Part shown: positions 48,140-60,143 of the stretch, in pieces
How positions within the stretch are numbered: the stretch's first letter is position 1
Layout: every line of letters starts with the position of its first letter
Source of the DNA: Myxococcales bacterium
GTDB taxonomy: Bacteria > Myxococcota_A > Polyangia > Polyangiales > DASUME01
NCBI GenBank assembly: GCA_047601445.1
Contig: JASGJH010000001.1
Location: 480,001-544,000, forward strand
DNA length: 64,000 nucleotides
Direction: 5' to 3'
Position numbers and translations under genes: made by a program
The notes under the pieces: model-generated
Seen by the model: only the letters and a program-made list of their open reading frames with translations
What the model was told of the DNA's origin: nothing
The model's database searches: none

Positions 48140-48904
48140 ATGGCCGTTCTCATCTTCTTCGTCGTGCATTGGCAGGTCTGTGTGTTCTGCCAGTCCTTCT
48201 TCCTGCATCGCTACAGCGCGCACAAGCAGTTCACGATGTCGCCGGGCTGGGAGCGCTTCTTCTATCTTTTCACTTACGTGTGCCAGGGCTCGAGCTTCTT
48301 GAATCCGCGCGGCTACGCCATTCTGCACCGCATGCACCACGCGTACAGTGACACCGAGAAGGACCCGCACTCGCCGCTGTTCGCTACCGACGCTCTCTCC
48401 ATGATGCTCAAGACCAAGCACGAGTACGACGACTTCGCGTACCGTCGTCGTGAGCCCGAACCCCGCTTCAGCGGCGACTACCCGGAGTGGGACTTCATCG
48501 ACAAGCTCGGACAGAACTGGGTCGCGCGCCTGTCATGGGTGGGCGTCTACGCCGTGTTCTACTTCCAGTTCGCCACCTCGCCCTGGCTTTGGCTGCTCCT
48601 GCCCGTACAAGCCGTGGTGGGGCCGGTCCACGGCGCCATCGTGAACTGGTGCGGACACAAGTACGGCTACCAGAACTTCGACAACGGCGACGCCTCGCGC
48701 AACACGCTGTTCGTGGACTTCCTGACCGCTGGTGAGCTGTTCCAGAACAACCACCACAAGTTCGCCATGAGCCCGAATTTCGCGGCTCGCACCTGGGAAG
48801 TGGATCCCACGTACCTCGTGATCAAGGTGCTCAGCGCGCTCAAGATCATCACGCTCAAGGGTGGCCAGCGCATGCGCTTCCCCGAGGTCGCTGCCGCGGA
48901 GTGA
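48140..48904 (+). CDS. Membrane acyl-CoA/acyl-lipid desaturase (delta-9-like)
   Basis: His boxes HRYSAH, HRMHH, QNNHH; DPHSP; NWCGH. Confidence 0.88.
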   Translation: MAVLIFFVVHWQVCVFCQSFFLHRYSAHKQFTMSPGWERFFYLFTYVCQGSSFLNPRGYAILHRMHHAYSDTEKDPHSPLFATDALSMMLKTKHEYDDFAYRRREPEPRFSGDYPEWDFIDKLGQNWVARLSWVGVYAVFYFQFATSPWLWLLLPVQAVVGPVHGAIVNWCGHKYGYQNFDNGDASRNTLFVDFLTAGELFQNNHHKFAMSPNFAARTWEVDPTYLVIKVLSALKIITLKGGQRMRFPEVAAAE

Positions 48905-49009
48905 GCCAGCAGCGGCCGCGCCGCGCGGGTTAGCGCCCGCTGCCATGCGTAGCCGCGACCGAGCGGAGTTCAGCGCGCCTGCCGAAATGTCAGGCGCATG
49001 CCTCCATGA

Positions 49010-49678
49010 TCAGGCGGGTGAGTCGACGATCAGGTCGTAGTCGGGGATGCGGAACGTGTCCTCGCGGGCCTTCGCCAGCCATCCCTGCACCGCCGGATGG
49101 GCTTCGAGCGCAGCTGCGTAGTCCGCGCAGATGCCGGTGAGCTTTACGTCGTAGGTGCGGAGGCGCATGAGCACCGGCGCGAACATGGCGTCGACGGCTC
49201 CGAAGGCCCCGCATAGATAGGGGCCACCCTGGCCGTGGTGTTCACGCAGCTCCTGCCATAGGGCCTGTACGCGGCGGACATTGCGGTCGGCCTCGGGCGT
49301 GCGCGGAAAGCCCGGGTAATGCGCCCGGATGTTCATGCCCATGGTCATGCGCATGGTGGCGAAGCCCGAGTGCATCTCCGCGCTGGCGCTGCGCGCGTGG
49401 GCGCGTGCCGCTGGATCCCGCGGCCAGATCCCGAGCTCGGGAAATTGCTCGGCGAGGTACTCGGCGATCGCGAGCGAGTCCCACACGCGCAGGCCATCGT
49501 GAATCAGCATGGGCAGGAGACCCGAAGGCGAGATCTGCTGCAGCTGCGCGCGGCCCGCAGTGTCGAGGTGCAGCCGCGTTTCCTTGAACTCCACGCCGGC
49601 GAAGCGCAGCAACACGCCCGCACGCATGGACCAGGAGGAGTAGTTGTAATCCAGGATGAAGAGCTCGAAGCTTGCCAT
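49010..49678 (-). CDS. Glutathione S-transferase family protein
   Basis: NYSSWSMR, WDSLAIAEYLAE, AEMHSGF, DAMFAPV. Confidence 0.92.
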   Translation of the reverse strand: MASFELFILDYNYSSWSMRAGVLLRFAGVEFKETRLHLDTAGRAQLQQISPSGLLPMLIHDGLRVWDSLAIAEYLAEQFPELGIWPRDPAARAHARSASAEMHSGFATMRMTMGMNIRAHYPGFPRTPEADRNVRRVQALWQELREHHGQGGPYLCGAFGAVDAMFAPVLMRLRTYDVKLTGICADYAAALEAHPAVQGWLAKAREDTFRIPDYDLIVDSPA

Positions 49679-49750
49679 GAAGAACGCTTACCAAGCGCGT
49701 GCGCTCGTGCCAGCGCGCTTTGGCGGCTTCACCCGAGCTCGTCTTCGCGG

Positions 49751-50338
49751 CTAGGGCGCTTCGGTGGCCTGGGCAGGAGCATTCGGATCGCTCGCCGCGG
49801 CGCTCGCCGAGGTGACAGCCGGACCTGCGCTCGAACGGCCGGACTTGGCCTTACCTTTGTCGTCGAGGTCGCTCGGGTAGAGATCCAGATACGCCTCCAC
49901 CAGCACGCTGGGCACTTCCTTCTCACCGTCCGGCGCGCCGATCTTGGCCAGGTACTTGTCGCTGACCCACAGCACCCACAGGTCACCTGCGGCACCACGC
50001 ATGCGCCACACATGATCTCCGCCCTGCTCGACCACCTCGAGGGTGTACCCATCCATGCCCCGGAGACGCTGGCGGACACTCTCGGTGAGGCCCGCGGCCT
50101 GCTCGTAGGTCGTGAGGACCACGGGGGCCACGTGCACGGTTTCGCCGCCTCGCACGTAGGTGGCGGTATGGGCGACGGCGGCATTCCCTTCGATTGGGAG
50201 CTCCACGTCTAGGACCTGCTGGTAGCGGCGATAGCGATATCCGTCGAGATCAGTCTCGATCACGTAACGCGCGGGCAGCTTGGGCCCACAAGCCCAGAGA
50301 GACACGCAGAAACCAGCCCAAAATAGGGAGAAACGCAC
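49751..50338 (-). CDS. Hypothetical lipoprotein
   Basis: Lipobox LWAC; coding-like composition. Confidence 0.65.
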   Translation of the reverse strand: MRFSLFWAGFCVSLWACGPKLPARYVIETDLDGYRYRRYQQVLDVELPIEGNAAVAHTATYVRGGETVHVAPVVLTTYEQAAGLTESVRQRLRGMDGYTLEVVEQGGDHVWRMRGAAGDLWVLWVSDKYLAKIGAPDGEKEVPSVLVEAYLDLYPSDLDDKGKAKSGRSSAGPAVTSASAAASDPNAPAQATEAP

Positions 50339-50461
50339 AGGGCGAGCCTAACAATTCGGGCGCCCGAATGCATCAATTGTCATGGGCGCCGCCATGGGAG
50401 AGGGGGCGGCGCGGCCCCCCTGGTGAGTTTGCATGCTTGCCCGGGCGCGTGCGGGGCTACC

Positions 50462-51901
<1,440 letters not shown>

Positions 51902-51939
51902 CCGAGTCAGGCGCGACGTGGCGAGTGCGGGCCCTCGCC

Positions 51940-53004
51940 TCAGGGCTTGCGGGCGCGGCGCCAGGCGTCGGGCGAGACGCCGAACCAGCGGCGAAAGGCG
52001 CGATGGAAGTTCGCGGGATCCGCGTAGCCGAGGGCCTGTCCCACCTGTTGCGCGCCGAGCTTCGGATTGCTCAACAGCACGATGGCCCGCTCGCGCTTGA
52101 GTTCGTCGACGACCTGGCGATAGGTGGTGCCGTGGGCCTGCAGCTGGCGCTTCAGGGTGCGCTCCGAGACATGCCGCTGTGCCGCCATGCGCTCGAGGGA
52201 AGGAAACTGATCCGGGTGGGCCAGCACCATGCGCCTGAGGTCGCTCAAGAAGGAATCGGGCTGCACACAGCGCGAGAGCTCTTCCTCGCACTCTTTCTCG
52301 ATTTGCTTCGCGGTCACCGAATCGGCCATCTGCAGGGCGTCGTCCAAACGCGCGCGGGGCAGGAGCATGCGATGGCGTGTTTGATCGAAGCGCGCGGGCC
52401 CTGGCCACAGATGCGCGAAGCGTGGGAAGTACGCTGGCTCGGGGTAGGCGAGCTCCACGCTGCCTGTGATCGGGCGGCCGAGTAGGGTGCGGGCCATCTG
52501 CGACAGGGCCGTGAACATGAACTCGACCACGAAGATTCGCAGGGCGGGCTCGGGTTGGGCGTCGATCAGTTCGAGCACCGCGTGCTCGCCTTCGTCGTAG
52601 TGCAAGAAGCGCAGGTTGGGTGAGCGCAGCGCGGCGAAGCGCGTGAGGACTTGCATGGCGTCGCGCAGGGTGGCCGAGGTCATCGCGAGCATGCCGACGG
52701 CGCCGTGGGACGAGAGCTTGAGCTGCAGGCCGTAGTAGAAGCCGAGCCCCGGTTCGCCGGTGAGCTCCAGAGCGCGCCGCGTGAGCGCGATGCTGGAGAC
52801 GGGGGTGATGCGGCCGTCGTTCAGCTCGAGCACGGCGCGCTCGATGCCCGTGCCCTCCAGCAGGTGCTCGGCCTCGACCCCAAAGCGTGCCGAGAGCAGC
52901 ACCAGCTGGGCGGGGTACACCGACGGGATGGAGAGCCTGCGCAGCTCCTCCCCGACGTGCTCGTCCGCTCCTGGCTGGCCTGAAATGACACGCATTGGGC
53001 CCAA
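51940..53004 (-). CDS. AraC family transcriptional regulator
   Basis: SERTLKRQL...LGYADPANFHRAFRRWFG.SP HTH; N-terminal ligand-binding domain. Confidence 0.92.
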   Translation of the reverse strand: MGPMRVISGQPGADEHVGEELRRLSIPSVYPAQLVLLSARFGVEAEHLLEGTGIERAVLELNDGRITPVSSIALTRRALELTGEPGLGFYYGLQLKLSSHGAVGMLAMTSATLRDAMQVLTRFAALRSPNLRFLHYDEGEHAVLELIDAQPEPALRIFVVEFMFTALSQMARTLLGRPITGSVELAYPEPAYFPRFAHLWPGPARFDQTRHRMLLPRARLDDALQMADSVTAKQIEKECEEELSRCVQPDSFLSDLRRMVLAHPDQFPSLERMAAQRHVSERTLKRQLQAHGTTYRQVVDELKRERAIVLLSNPKLGAQQVGQALGYADPANFHRAFRRWFGVSPDAWRRARKP

Positions 53005-53081
53005 TATGACATTCGATTACAACGGCCGGCAACCGAAGATAGTCGCGGAACCTGATTTTTTCGCGGTTCCGGAGGCATCCC

Positions 53082-53951
53082 ATGAAGCAAGGCATCCTGA
53101 AGGCTCGGGCCCACAAGATTCGGCCGCGTCCCCTGGAGCTGGCGATCCCCGACGACCTTCCGCGCTACTGGATGGACGGCGACCCGTATTCGACCCATCT
53201 GCTGAACGCGCTCTCCGTCACCTTCCCGCCAGGCGAGCGCCTGTTCATGGCGGCAGTGCGAGCGCTCCGCCACAAGGTGGAAGACCCGGCTCTCAAGGAG
53301 CAGATCAAAGCCTTCTTGGCCCAGGAGGCGCTCCACAGCCGGGAGCACAGCTCGCTCAACGCCTGGCTCACGAAGGTGGGCTACCCAGCCGACAAGTTCG
53401 AGCAGGAAGTGGCGGACGACATCGCCCAGCGGCGTAGCGCCCGCGGGCCCTTCGAGGACCTCGCCGTGACCTGCGCGCTCGAGCACTTCACCGCCATCAT
53501 GGCGGAGAGCTGGCTCAAGCACCCCGAGCTGCGCGAGCGTTGTCACAAAGACCTGCGCGCGCTGTGGCTGTGGCACGCCATCGAAGAACTCGACCACAAG
53601 GCCGTGGCGTTCGACGTGTACCAGGCCGCGGGCGGGCAATACGCGCTGCGGGCCGCCACCATGGTGTTCGTGACCATCGGACTGATCGGGGGCATCAGCA
53701 TTTACCAGGCGCAGTTGATGGCCCACGACAACGAGCACAAGAACCTGAAGAGCTGGGCCAAGGGGCTCTGGACCTACTGGGGACCCACCGGCTACTTCGT
53801 GCGGTTGATCCCGAGCTACCTGCGCTACTTCCGACGAGATTTCCATCCCTTCGACCAGGACGACAGCGCGCTGTTGGCGGCCGCCGAGACCGAACTCTCG
53901 CGCCTGACCGGGACCGCCTACGGGTCTACATCCGCCGACGCGGCGGCCTGA
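53082..53951 (+). CDS. Predicted metal-dependent hydrolase family protein (PF10118-like)
   Basis: LSVTFPPGE, QEALHSREH, ALEHFTA, WHAIEELDHKAVAFD, YFRRDFHP; divergent from the AraC gene. Confidence 0.88.
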   Translation: MKQGILKARAHKIRPRPLELAIPDDLPRYWMDGDPYSTHLLNALSVTFPPGERLFMAAVRALRHKVEDPALKEQIKAFLAQEALHSREHSSLNAWLTKVGYPADKFEQEVADDIAQRRSARGPFEDLAVTCALEHFTAIMAESWLKHPELRERCHKDLRALWLWHAIEELDHKAVAFDVYQAAGGQYALRAATMVFVTIGLIGGISIYQAQLMAHDNEHKNLKSWAKGLWTYWGPTGYFVRLIPSYLRYFRRDFHPFDQDDSALLAAAETELSRLTGTAYGSTSADAAA

Positions 53952-54149
53952 GCCCGGGGGCAAGCGCGTTCATTTCGGCGGAATGGGTTCCACGTGGCCG
54001 GGGAGGCCTCGGGAGCCCGCGCGACGCGCCGCGCGGATGCGGTACGCTTGGTCGCAGGAACAACGCGGCGGGTTGGCTCGTTCGTAGCGCACGGTTACGC
54101 CGGGACACGGTGGCTCCGAACCCGCTCTTGCGATGCTTCCCGTCTCCCC

Positions 54150-54866
54150 ATGATCACCCTCGAGAAGGTCAGCAAGAATTACCGCAGCGGCCACGCCGCC
54201 ATCGCCGTGCTGCGCGAGGTCTCCCTGCAGATCGACGAGGGCGAGTTCGTGGCCATCGTGGGTGCGTCGGGTTCCGGCAAGTCCACGCTTCTCAACGTGC
54301 TCGGTCTGCTCGATGGCTATGACTCGGGCCGCTACACGCTGGCCGGTAACGATACGCAGGCCCTGAGCGACCGGCGCGCCGCGCATTTGCGCAATCAGCT
54401 CCTGGGCTTCGTGTTCCAGGCCTTTCATCTGTTGTCCCACAAGACGGCCTGGGAAAACGTGGCGCTGCCGCTCTCCTATGCCGGAGTGGGTAGGCGGGAG
54501 CGCAAGGAGCGCGCGCTCGCCCTCTTGGCGCGGCTCGGTCTCGCCGAGCGTGCCCAGCATCGGCCCAACGAGCTCAGCGGCGGGCAACGTCAGCGTGTAG
54601 CGATCGCTCGCGCGTTGGTGACCAACCCCAAGGTCGTGCTGGCCGACGAGCCGACCGGAAACCTGGACACCGAGAGCAGCGCCGAGGTGATGACGTTGTT
54701 GCGCGAGATCCACGCCGAGGGCCGCACGGTGGTGTTGGTCACGCATGCGCTCGACGTGGCGCAAGCGGCCTCGCGGGTCATCTGCGTGCGCGACGGCCAG
54801 GTGGTCGACGGGCTCGGTTCCATGCTGCCCGGTGTGCCGCCCGGGCTGCTCGCGGGGGCTTCATGA
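54150..54866 (+). CDS. ABC transporter ATP-binding protein (MacB/LolD-like)
   Basis: GASGSGKS, LSGGQRQR, LADEPTGNLD. Confidence 0.93.
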   Translation: MITLEKVSKNYRSGHAAIAVLREVSLQIDEGEFVAIVGASGSGKSTLLNVLGLLDGYDSGRYTLAGNDTQALSDRRAAHLRNQLLGFVFQAFHLLSHKTAWENVALPLSYAGVGRRERKERALALLARLGLAERAQHRPNELSGGQRQRVAIARALVTNPKVVLADEPTGNLDTESSAEVMTLLREIHAEGRTVVLVTHALDVAQAASRVICVRDGQVVDGLGSMLPGVPPGLLAGAS

Positions 54867-56068
54867 GAGAGGTCTTGGAGAGTATCGCCCGGCGCCCGCT
54901 GCGCTCGTTGGCCACGGCGTTTGGCGTGTACTGGGGCATCCTGATGCTCACGGTCTTGCTGGGCGGCGGCAAGGGGCTGCGCAATGGCATCGAGAAGATG
55001 TTCGCGGGCGATGCGGTGAACTCGGTATGGGCCTTCACGGGGCGCACCAGCGAGCCCTTCGAGGGGCTCGGTTCCGGGCGCCAAATCCGTTTGCGCGAGG
55101 ACGACGTCGAAGCCGTGATCCGCAGCGTCGACGCGCTCGAGAACGTGTCCCCTCGCACGCAGGTGCCGGCATTGCCCATCGTGCACGGCACGCGCAACGC
55201 CACGCTACCGTTCTACGCCGTGTACCCCGCCTACGCGGTCACCGAGAAGACCACGGCGATCCACGGGCGCCTGCTCAACCAGCTGGATCTGGACCGACGC
55301 CGCAAGGTCATCGTGATCGGTGACAAGGCCACGCCGCTCCTGTTCGGCAACGACAACCCAGTGGGGAAAATCGTGACCATCGGGGGCCTCGAGTTCCGGG
55401 TCGTGGGTGAATTCGAGGACCCCGGCCAGGGGGACGAAGGGCGTCGCGTGTACATGCCCTACACCACGTTGGCGGAGACCTTCGACGCATCGCGCAAGGT
55501 GGACGTGATGGTGGGTACCCTCAAGCGCGGCTACACGCCCGAGGCCGCGCGCGAGGCGCTGGCGCGCTTGCTCGCGCGGCGCCATCGCTTCGCCATCCAC
55601 GACCACGCGGCTTTCGACGCCTGGTTCGCCGAGCGTGAGTATCGCCGCGTCGAGTCGTTGATGACGGGCATCGACTGGGCCATCTTGCTGGTGAGCCTCG
55701 GGACCTTGCTCTCGGGCATGGTGGGCGTGAGCAATATCCTGTTCGTGTCGGTACGCGAGCGCGCCAAGGAATTGGGCTTGCGGCGGGCGCTCGGTGCGAC
55801 CTCTTTCTCAATCTTGCTCCTGGTGTTGGCGGAGGCGTTGATGTTGGCGCTGGTCTCGGGCGGGCTCGGGCTCGCGAGTGGTATGGGCCTGGTGCGGCTG
55901 GCGCAGTCGCCCGAGCTCGGATCGGAGTTGTTCGTGAATCCTTCGGTGGATCTGCGCGCAGCCTTGCTGGCGTTGGCGATGTTGGTGGCCACGGCGCTGG
56001 TGGCTGGGTTCTTCCCCGCGCGTGAGGCCGCGCGCATGCGTCCCATCGACGCCTTGAGGCGCGAATGA
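54863..56068 (+). CDS. MacB/FtsX-type ABC permease
   Basis: TM plus periplasmic domain, GVSNIL.VSVRERAKELGLRRALGA, PIDALR. Confidence 0.92.
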   Translation: MREVLESIARRPLRSLATAFGVYWGILMLTVLLGGGKGLRNGIEKMFAGDAVNSVWAFTGRTSEPFEGLGSGRQIRLREDDVEAVIRSVDALENVSPRTQVPALPIVHGTRNATLPFYAVYPAYAVTEKTTAIHGRLLNQLDLDRRRKVIVIGDKATPLLFGNDNPVGKIVTIGGLEFRVVGEFEDPGQGDEGRRVYMPYTTLAETFDASRKVDVMVGTLKRGYTPEAAREALARLLARRHRFAIHDHAAFDAWFAEREYRRVESLMTGIDWAILLVSLGTLLSGMVGVSNILFVSVRERAKELGLRRALGATSFSILLLVLAEALMLALVSGGLGLASGMGLVRLAQSPELGSELFVNPSVDLRAALLALAMLVATALVAGFFPAREAARMRPIDALRRE

Positions 56069-57216
56069 TCCGGCGCGACTTGGCAGGTTGGTTGCGCGCG
56101 TTGGGGCTCCTACTCGTGGGCAATCTCAGCGCTGCTTGTGGTCTGTGGCCGAGCCAGGAAGCTCCCAGGGACGACGTGCTGGTGGTCGCCACCGGCGACG
56201 TGGTGTACCGCACGCAGGCCACCGGGCGCATCGTGCCGCGCGAAGAGGTCTTCGTGCGCTCGCTGGTGGCCGGACAGCTCATCGAGCTCAACGTGCGTCC
56301 GGGCGACCTCGTGAAGAAAGGGGAGCACCTGGCCACGGTGCGCATCGTGGCCGATCCGGTGACGCTCAACGAAGCGCGCTCGCGGGTGCAGGTCGCCGAG
56401 ATGAAGCTCACCATCGCGCGGCGTGAGGTGGAGCGCGTGAGTCCCCTGCGCGGTGGTACCGCGCTCAGCGGAAAGGACCTGGCGCGTGCGGAAGACGACG
56501 AGCGTATCGCGCGGGTCGAACTCGAGAGCGCCAGGGAGCGCTTTCAACTGGTGTCGGAGGGGGCTTCCAAGGGGCGGGGGTCGAAGTCCACCCGCATCGT
56601 GGCCACCGTCACCGGCACGGTGCTCGCGATCCCTGCGGCGGTGGGGGACTACGTCAGCGAGACCAACTCCTACCGAGACGGCACCACCATCGCCGTGTTG
56701 GCGGACATGACGCAGCTGCTCTTCAAGGGCCAAATCGAGGAGGCCTACGTCGGCAAACTCAAGCTGGGCATGGACGCCAGTGTGCGCATCGGCGCCCTCC
56801 CAGGCGTGACCTTCCCGGGGCGACTCGCCTGGATCGCTCCGCGCGCCACCATCGAACAGGCCACTGCGAGCGTGGTGAGTGCGAGCCCCAACAGCGTGGT
56901 GCCGCTGACCTCGTCGAGCGCGGGCATCACCCGCTTCGAGCTCTGGATCGAGGTGCAGAACGCGCCGCCGGACGTGCGCGCAGGTTACAGCGCGGCAGCC
57001 GAGCTCGAGCTCGAGCGCAAGGACAAGGTGCTGGTGGTGCAAGAGCGCGCGCTGCGCTTCGACGCGGGCAAGGTCTTTGCGAAGGTACGCACGACGGATG
57101 GCAAGGCCGTGGAGCGCGAGGTTCAGGTCGGCGTCTCCGATGGTCTGCAGATCGAGATCGTCTCCGGGCTCGAGATGGGCGACCGAGTCGCTGTGGCCAG
57201 CGGGTCGATCCCGTAG
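56065..57216 (+). CDS. MacA-like periplasmic adaptor (membrane fusion protein)
   Basis: ATGRI.P, V.PGD.VKKG lipoyl half, coiled coil, VGVSDG..EIVSGL..GD.V. Confidence 0.9.
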   Translation: MIRRDLAGWLRALGLLLVGNLSAACGLWPSQEAPRDDVLVVATGDVVYRTQATGRIVPREEVFVRSLVAGQLIELNVRPGDLVKKGEHLATVRIVADPVTLNEARSRVQVAEMKLTIARREVERVSPLRGGTALSGKDLARAEDDERIARVELESARERFQLVSEGASKGRGSKSTRIVATVTGTVLAIPAAVGDYVSETNSYRDGTTIAVLADMTQLLFKGQIEEAYVGKLKLGMDASVRIGALPGVTFPGRLAWIAPRATIEQATASVVSASPNSVVPLTSSSAGITRFELWIEVQNAPPDVRAGYSAAAELELERKDKVLVVQERALRFDAGKVFAKVRTTDGKAVEREVQVGVSDGLQIEIVSGLEMGDRVAVASGSIP

Positions 57217-57478
57217 TTCCACGCAGCATCCCGTCCTGCGAAATGGGCGCCGAGTCCGCGCGCATGTGCCACGAGTGGGGCGCGGCGGCGCCGTCTTGGA
57301 ACTTTTGGCTCACGTCGGATTGTGCGAAAAATGGCGCTGATTCTGCTGGTTTTGGGGGGTGCCTAGGGCGTCGTCGTGGGCCGCTGCGGTGAGGCGCGGC
57401 ACCGTGCAGCGGCGGCTGGCATGCGAAGTGAAAGGAGGCCTTGCGCGGACCATCAGTCTGCACAAGGAGGATACGGAC

Positions 57479-58174
57479 ATGGGGCGCATCACGTCGAAGT
57501 TGCTGTTGTTGGCAGGAGCCATCGCCGGAGTGACCGCTTGTCAGAGCGATCCCATGAAGGGAGTGGAGTCGGCGCAGGATCAGGCTGCGGCGCATGCAGT
57601 CGAGGCGCAGGAGGATCGGGCCGAACTGGCCCGCAAGCAGGCCGAGCAACGCGCGGAGCTTGCTCACGACCAGCACGAGAAGGCAGTCGATGAAGCCCAA
57701 CGCGTGCGCACCCAGCCCGCGGCCGAGCAGCTCGAGGACAACAACGCGCTGGCGCTGAAGCAGGCCGCCGAGCGCGCCGATCTCGGCAGCGAACAGGCGA
57801 GTGATCGCGGCGATATGGTGGGCGACATCGAGCGCCAGCGGCAGCGCGACATGGATCGCCTGGCCCGCGCCAACGATCAGGCGAGCGAGGAAAAGCGCGC
57901 GTTCGCGGAGAAGGCGCGCGAGAAGCTACGTAAGCTGGAGGACCGCGCGAACAAGCTCAGCGCCAAGCGTGGCGAGGCAGAGCCCGACGAGCAGGCCAGC
58001 GTGAACAAGACCTTGCTGACGGATCTGCCGGCCAAATGCCAGGAGGCGGAACGGGAGATCACGAGCCTCGAGTCCGTGGGCACCCGAGCGGATTGGGCGA
58101 AGGCCAAGAGCGAGGTGCAGAACACCCTGGCCAGCATCGAGCGCTCCCTGGATCGTGTGGACCGCATGCTCTGA
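57479..58174 (+). CDS. Alpha-helical/coiled-coil lipoprotein of unknown function
   Basis: RBS AAGGAGG; lipobox VTAC; rich in A, E, Q, R and D. Confidence 0.78.
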   Translation: MGRITSKLLLLAGAIAGVTACQSDPMKGVESAQDQAAAHAVEAQEDRAELARKQAEQRAELAHDQHEKAVDEAQRVRTQPAAEQLEDNNALALKQAAERADLGSEQASDRGDMVGDIERQRQRDMDRLARANDQASEEKRAFAEKAREKLRKLEDRANKLSAKRGEAEPDEQASVNKTLLTDLPAKCQEAEREITSLESVGTRADWAKAKSEVQNTLASIERSLDRVDRML

Positions 58175-58274
58175 TCCGTGTGCTTCGGATGAGTTGAACA
58201 CCACGCAGGAGCGGCGGTCCGCAGGCGCGACGTCTGCGGACCGCTGCGCTGCGGGCCGGCGCGCGCCGAGCGGA

Positions 58275-60143
58275 TCAGGCTTCGAATTGCAGGGCGGCCA
58301 GGCGCGCATAGAGGCCGTCGCGGGCCACGAGTTCGCGGTGCGTGCCCACCTCGACGACCTTGCCCGCGTCCAACACCACGATGCGGTCCGCCCGCTGCAC
58401 CGTGGCCAGACGATGCGCGATCACCAAGGTGGTCCGGTCACGCATGGCGCTGGCGAGGGCTGCTTGGACGGCGCGCTCACTCTCGGCGTCGAGCGCACTC
58501 GTGGCCTCGTCGAGCAGCAGCAGGGGAGGGTTCTTCAACAACGCGCGGGCGATGCTCAGGCGCTGTCGTTGTCCGCCGGACAGGCGCACGCCGCGCTCCC
58601 CGAGGAAGGTCTGGTAGCCCTCGGGAAGGGCGGACAAGAAATCGTGGGCATGGGCCGCACGTGCAGCAGCGAACACTTCGGCCTCACTGGCATCTGGCCG
58701 ACCGTAGCGAATGTTCTCCAGGGCGCTCGCCGAGAAGATCACGCTGTCCTGGGGCACGATGCCGATGCGCCGGCGCAGTTCGGCGAGCGAGCATGCGCGA
58801 ATCGGTACGCCGTCGATGGAGATCTCGCCCAGGCCCGCGTCGTAATGGCGCAGCAAGAGCTGGAACACGGTGCTCTTGCCGGCGCCACTCGCGCCCACCA
58901 GGGCCAGTGTCTCGCCGGGCGCGACGTGCAGCGTAAACTCGTGCAGGGCGCGTTGAGCGGGCCGAGCCGGGTAGCAGAACGTCACGTGCGAGAAGTCCAC
59001 GCGCGAGCCGCCTGCCACGCTGGGCAGTGGGGCTGGCTGGTCGGGGGAGCGAATGGGAGAGCGCGCCGCTAGAAGCTCGACCAGGCGCTCGCTGGCACCC
59101 GCGGCACGCAGCAAGTCTCCATAGACTTCGGCCAGCACCGCCACGCTGCTCACGAGCATGATCGCGTAGACGATGGTCTGGCTCAGCTGACCTGCGCTGA
59201 TATCCCCGCGCAAGACCGCCTCGGTGCCTTGCTGGAGGCTCCAGATCAGGGCGCCGAAGATGGCGCTCATCACGAACGCAAACATCAAGGCGCGCACACG
59301 CGCGCGCACGACTGCGGTGCGAAAGGCGCGCTCGGTGGCGTCCGCGAAACGGCGTGCCTCGTGCGTCTCTTGCGCGAAACTCTGGACCACGGGGATGGCG
59401 TTCAATACCTCGGCCGCGATCGCGCTCGAGTCAGCCACCCGATCTTGGCTGGCCCGGCTCAGCTTGCGCACGCGGCGGCCCACGTAGATCGACGGCAACA
59501 CCACCACCAGCAGGATCGCCAGGATCGGGAGCATCACGCGCGCGCTGCCCGCGATCAGTAGCCCCAGAGCGCCGACCGCTTGCAGCCCGTTGCGGAGCCC
59601 CATGCCGAAGCTCGTGGTGAGCACGCTCTGCACGAGCGTGGTGTCCGTGGTGAGCCGTGACAGCACCTCGCCCGTCTGGGTGGTCTCGAAGAACTCGGGG
59701 CTCTGCTCGATCACGTGCCCGTAGACTGCCGTGCGCAGGTCGCACGTGACGCGCTCCCCGAGCCAGGACACCATGTACATGCGCGCCGACGAGAATACCG
59801 CGAGCGCCGCGCAGACCCCGAACAGCAGCACGAAGTGCTCCCGCAGGGCCATCACGCGCGCGCCCGGGTCCGCGGCCACGAGGCCGCGATCGATCACGAG
59901 CCGCAATACGGCTGGGAAGGCCAGGGTGCTCAGGGTCGACAGTACCAGGAACAGGCCGGCCACCAGCATGTGGGCCCGATAGGGGCGCAGGAACGGAGCG
60001 AGCCCGCGCAGGCCCTCGACGCGGGCTCCGCGCGGCGCCGTGCCGGCCTGTGGGGCCTCCTGGACGACGCGCGGCGCCGCCTGGGAGGGCGCCTTCAGGG
60101 AGACCGCGCTTTCCGAGACCTGCTCCGGCATCGACATGGGCAC
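58275..60143 (-). CDS. Fused ABC exporter (MsbA/ABCB-like) with TMD and NBD
   Basis: TGEVLSRLTTD, GASGAGKS, LSGGQRQR, LDEATSALD, IAHRL. Confidence 0.93.
   Translation of the reverse strand: MPMSMPEQVSESAVSLKAPSQAAPRVVQEAPQAGTAPRGARVEGLRGLAPFLRPYRAHMLVAGLFLVLSTLSTLAFPAVLRLVIDRGLVAADPGARVMALREHFVLLFGVCAALAVFSSARMYMVSWLGERVTCDLRTAVYGHVIEQSPEFFETTQTGEVLSRLTTDTTLVQSVLTTSFGMGLRNGLQAVGALGLLIAGSARVMLPILAILLVVVLPSIYVGRRVRKLSRASQDRVADSSAIAAEVLNAIPVVQSFAQETHEARRFADATERAFRTAVVRARVRALMFAFVMSAIFGALIWSLQQGTEAVLRGDISAGQLSQTIVYAIMLVSSVAVLAEVYGDLLRAAGASERLVELLAARSPIRSPDQPAPLPSVAGGSRVDFSHVTFCYPARPAQRALHEFTLHVAPGETLALVGASGAGKSTVFQLLLRHYDAGLGEISIDGVPIRACSLAELRRRIGIVPQDSVIFSASALENIRYGRPDASEAEVFAAARAAHAHDFLSALPEGYQTFLGERGVRLSGGQRQRLSIARALLKNPPLLLLDEATSALDAESERAVQAALASAMRDRTTLVIAHRLATVQRADRIVVLDAGKVVEVGTHRELVARDGLYARLAALQFEA

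Noticed and set aside
57417..57432. Sigma-54-like TGGCATGCGAAGTGAA upstream of the coiled-coil lipoprotein
   Set aside because: The -12 position is GA rather than GC, too weak to call
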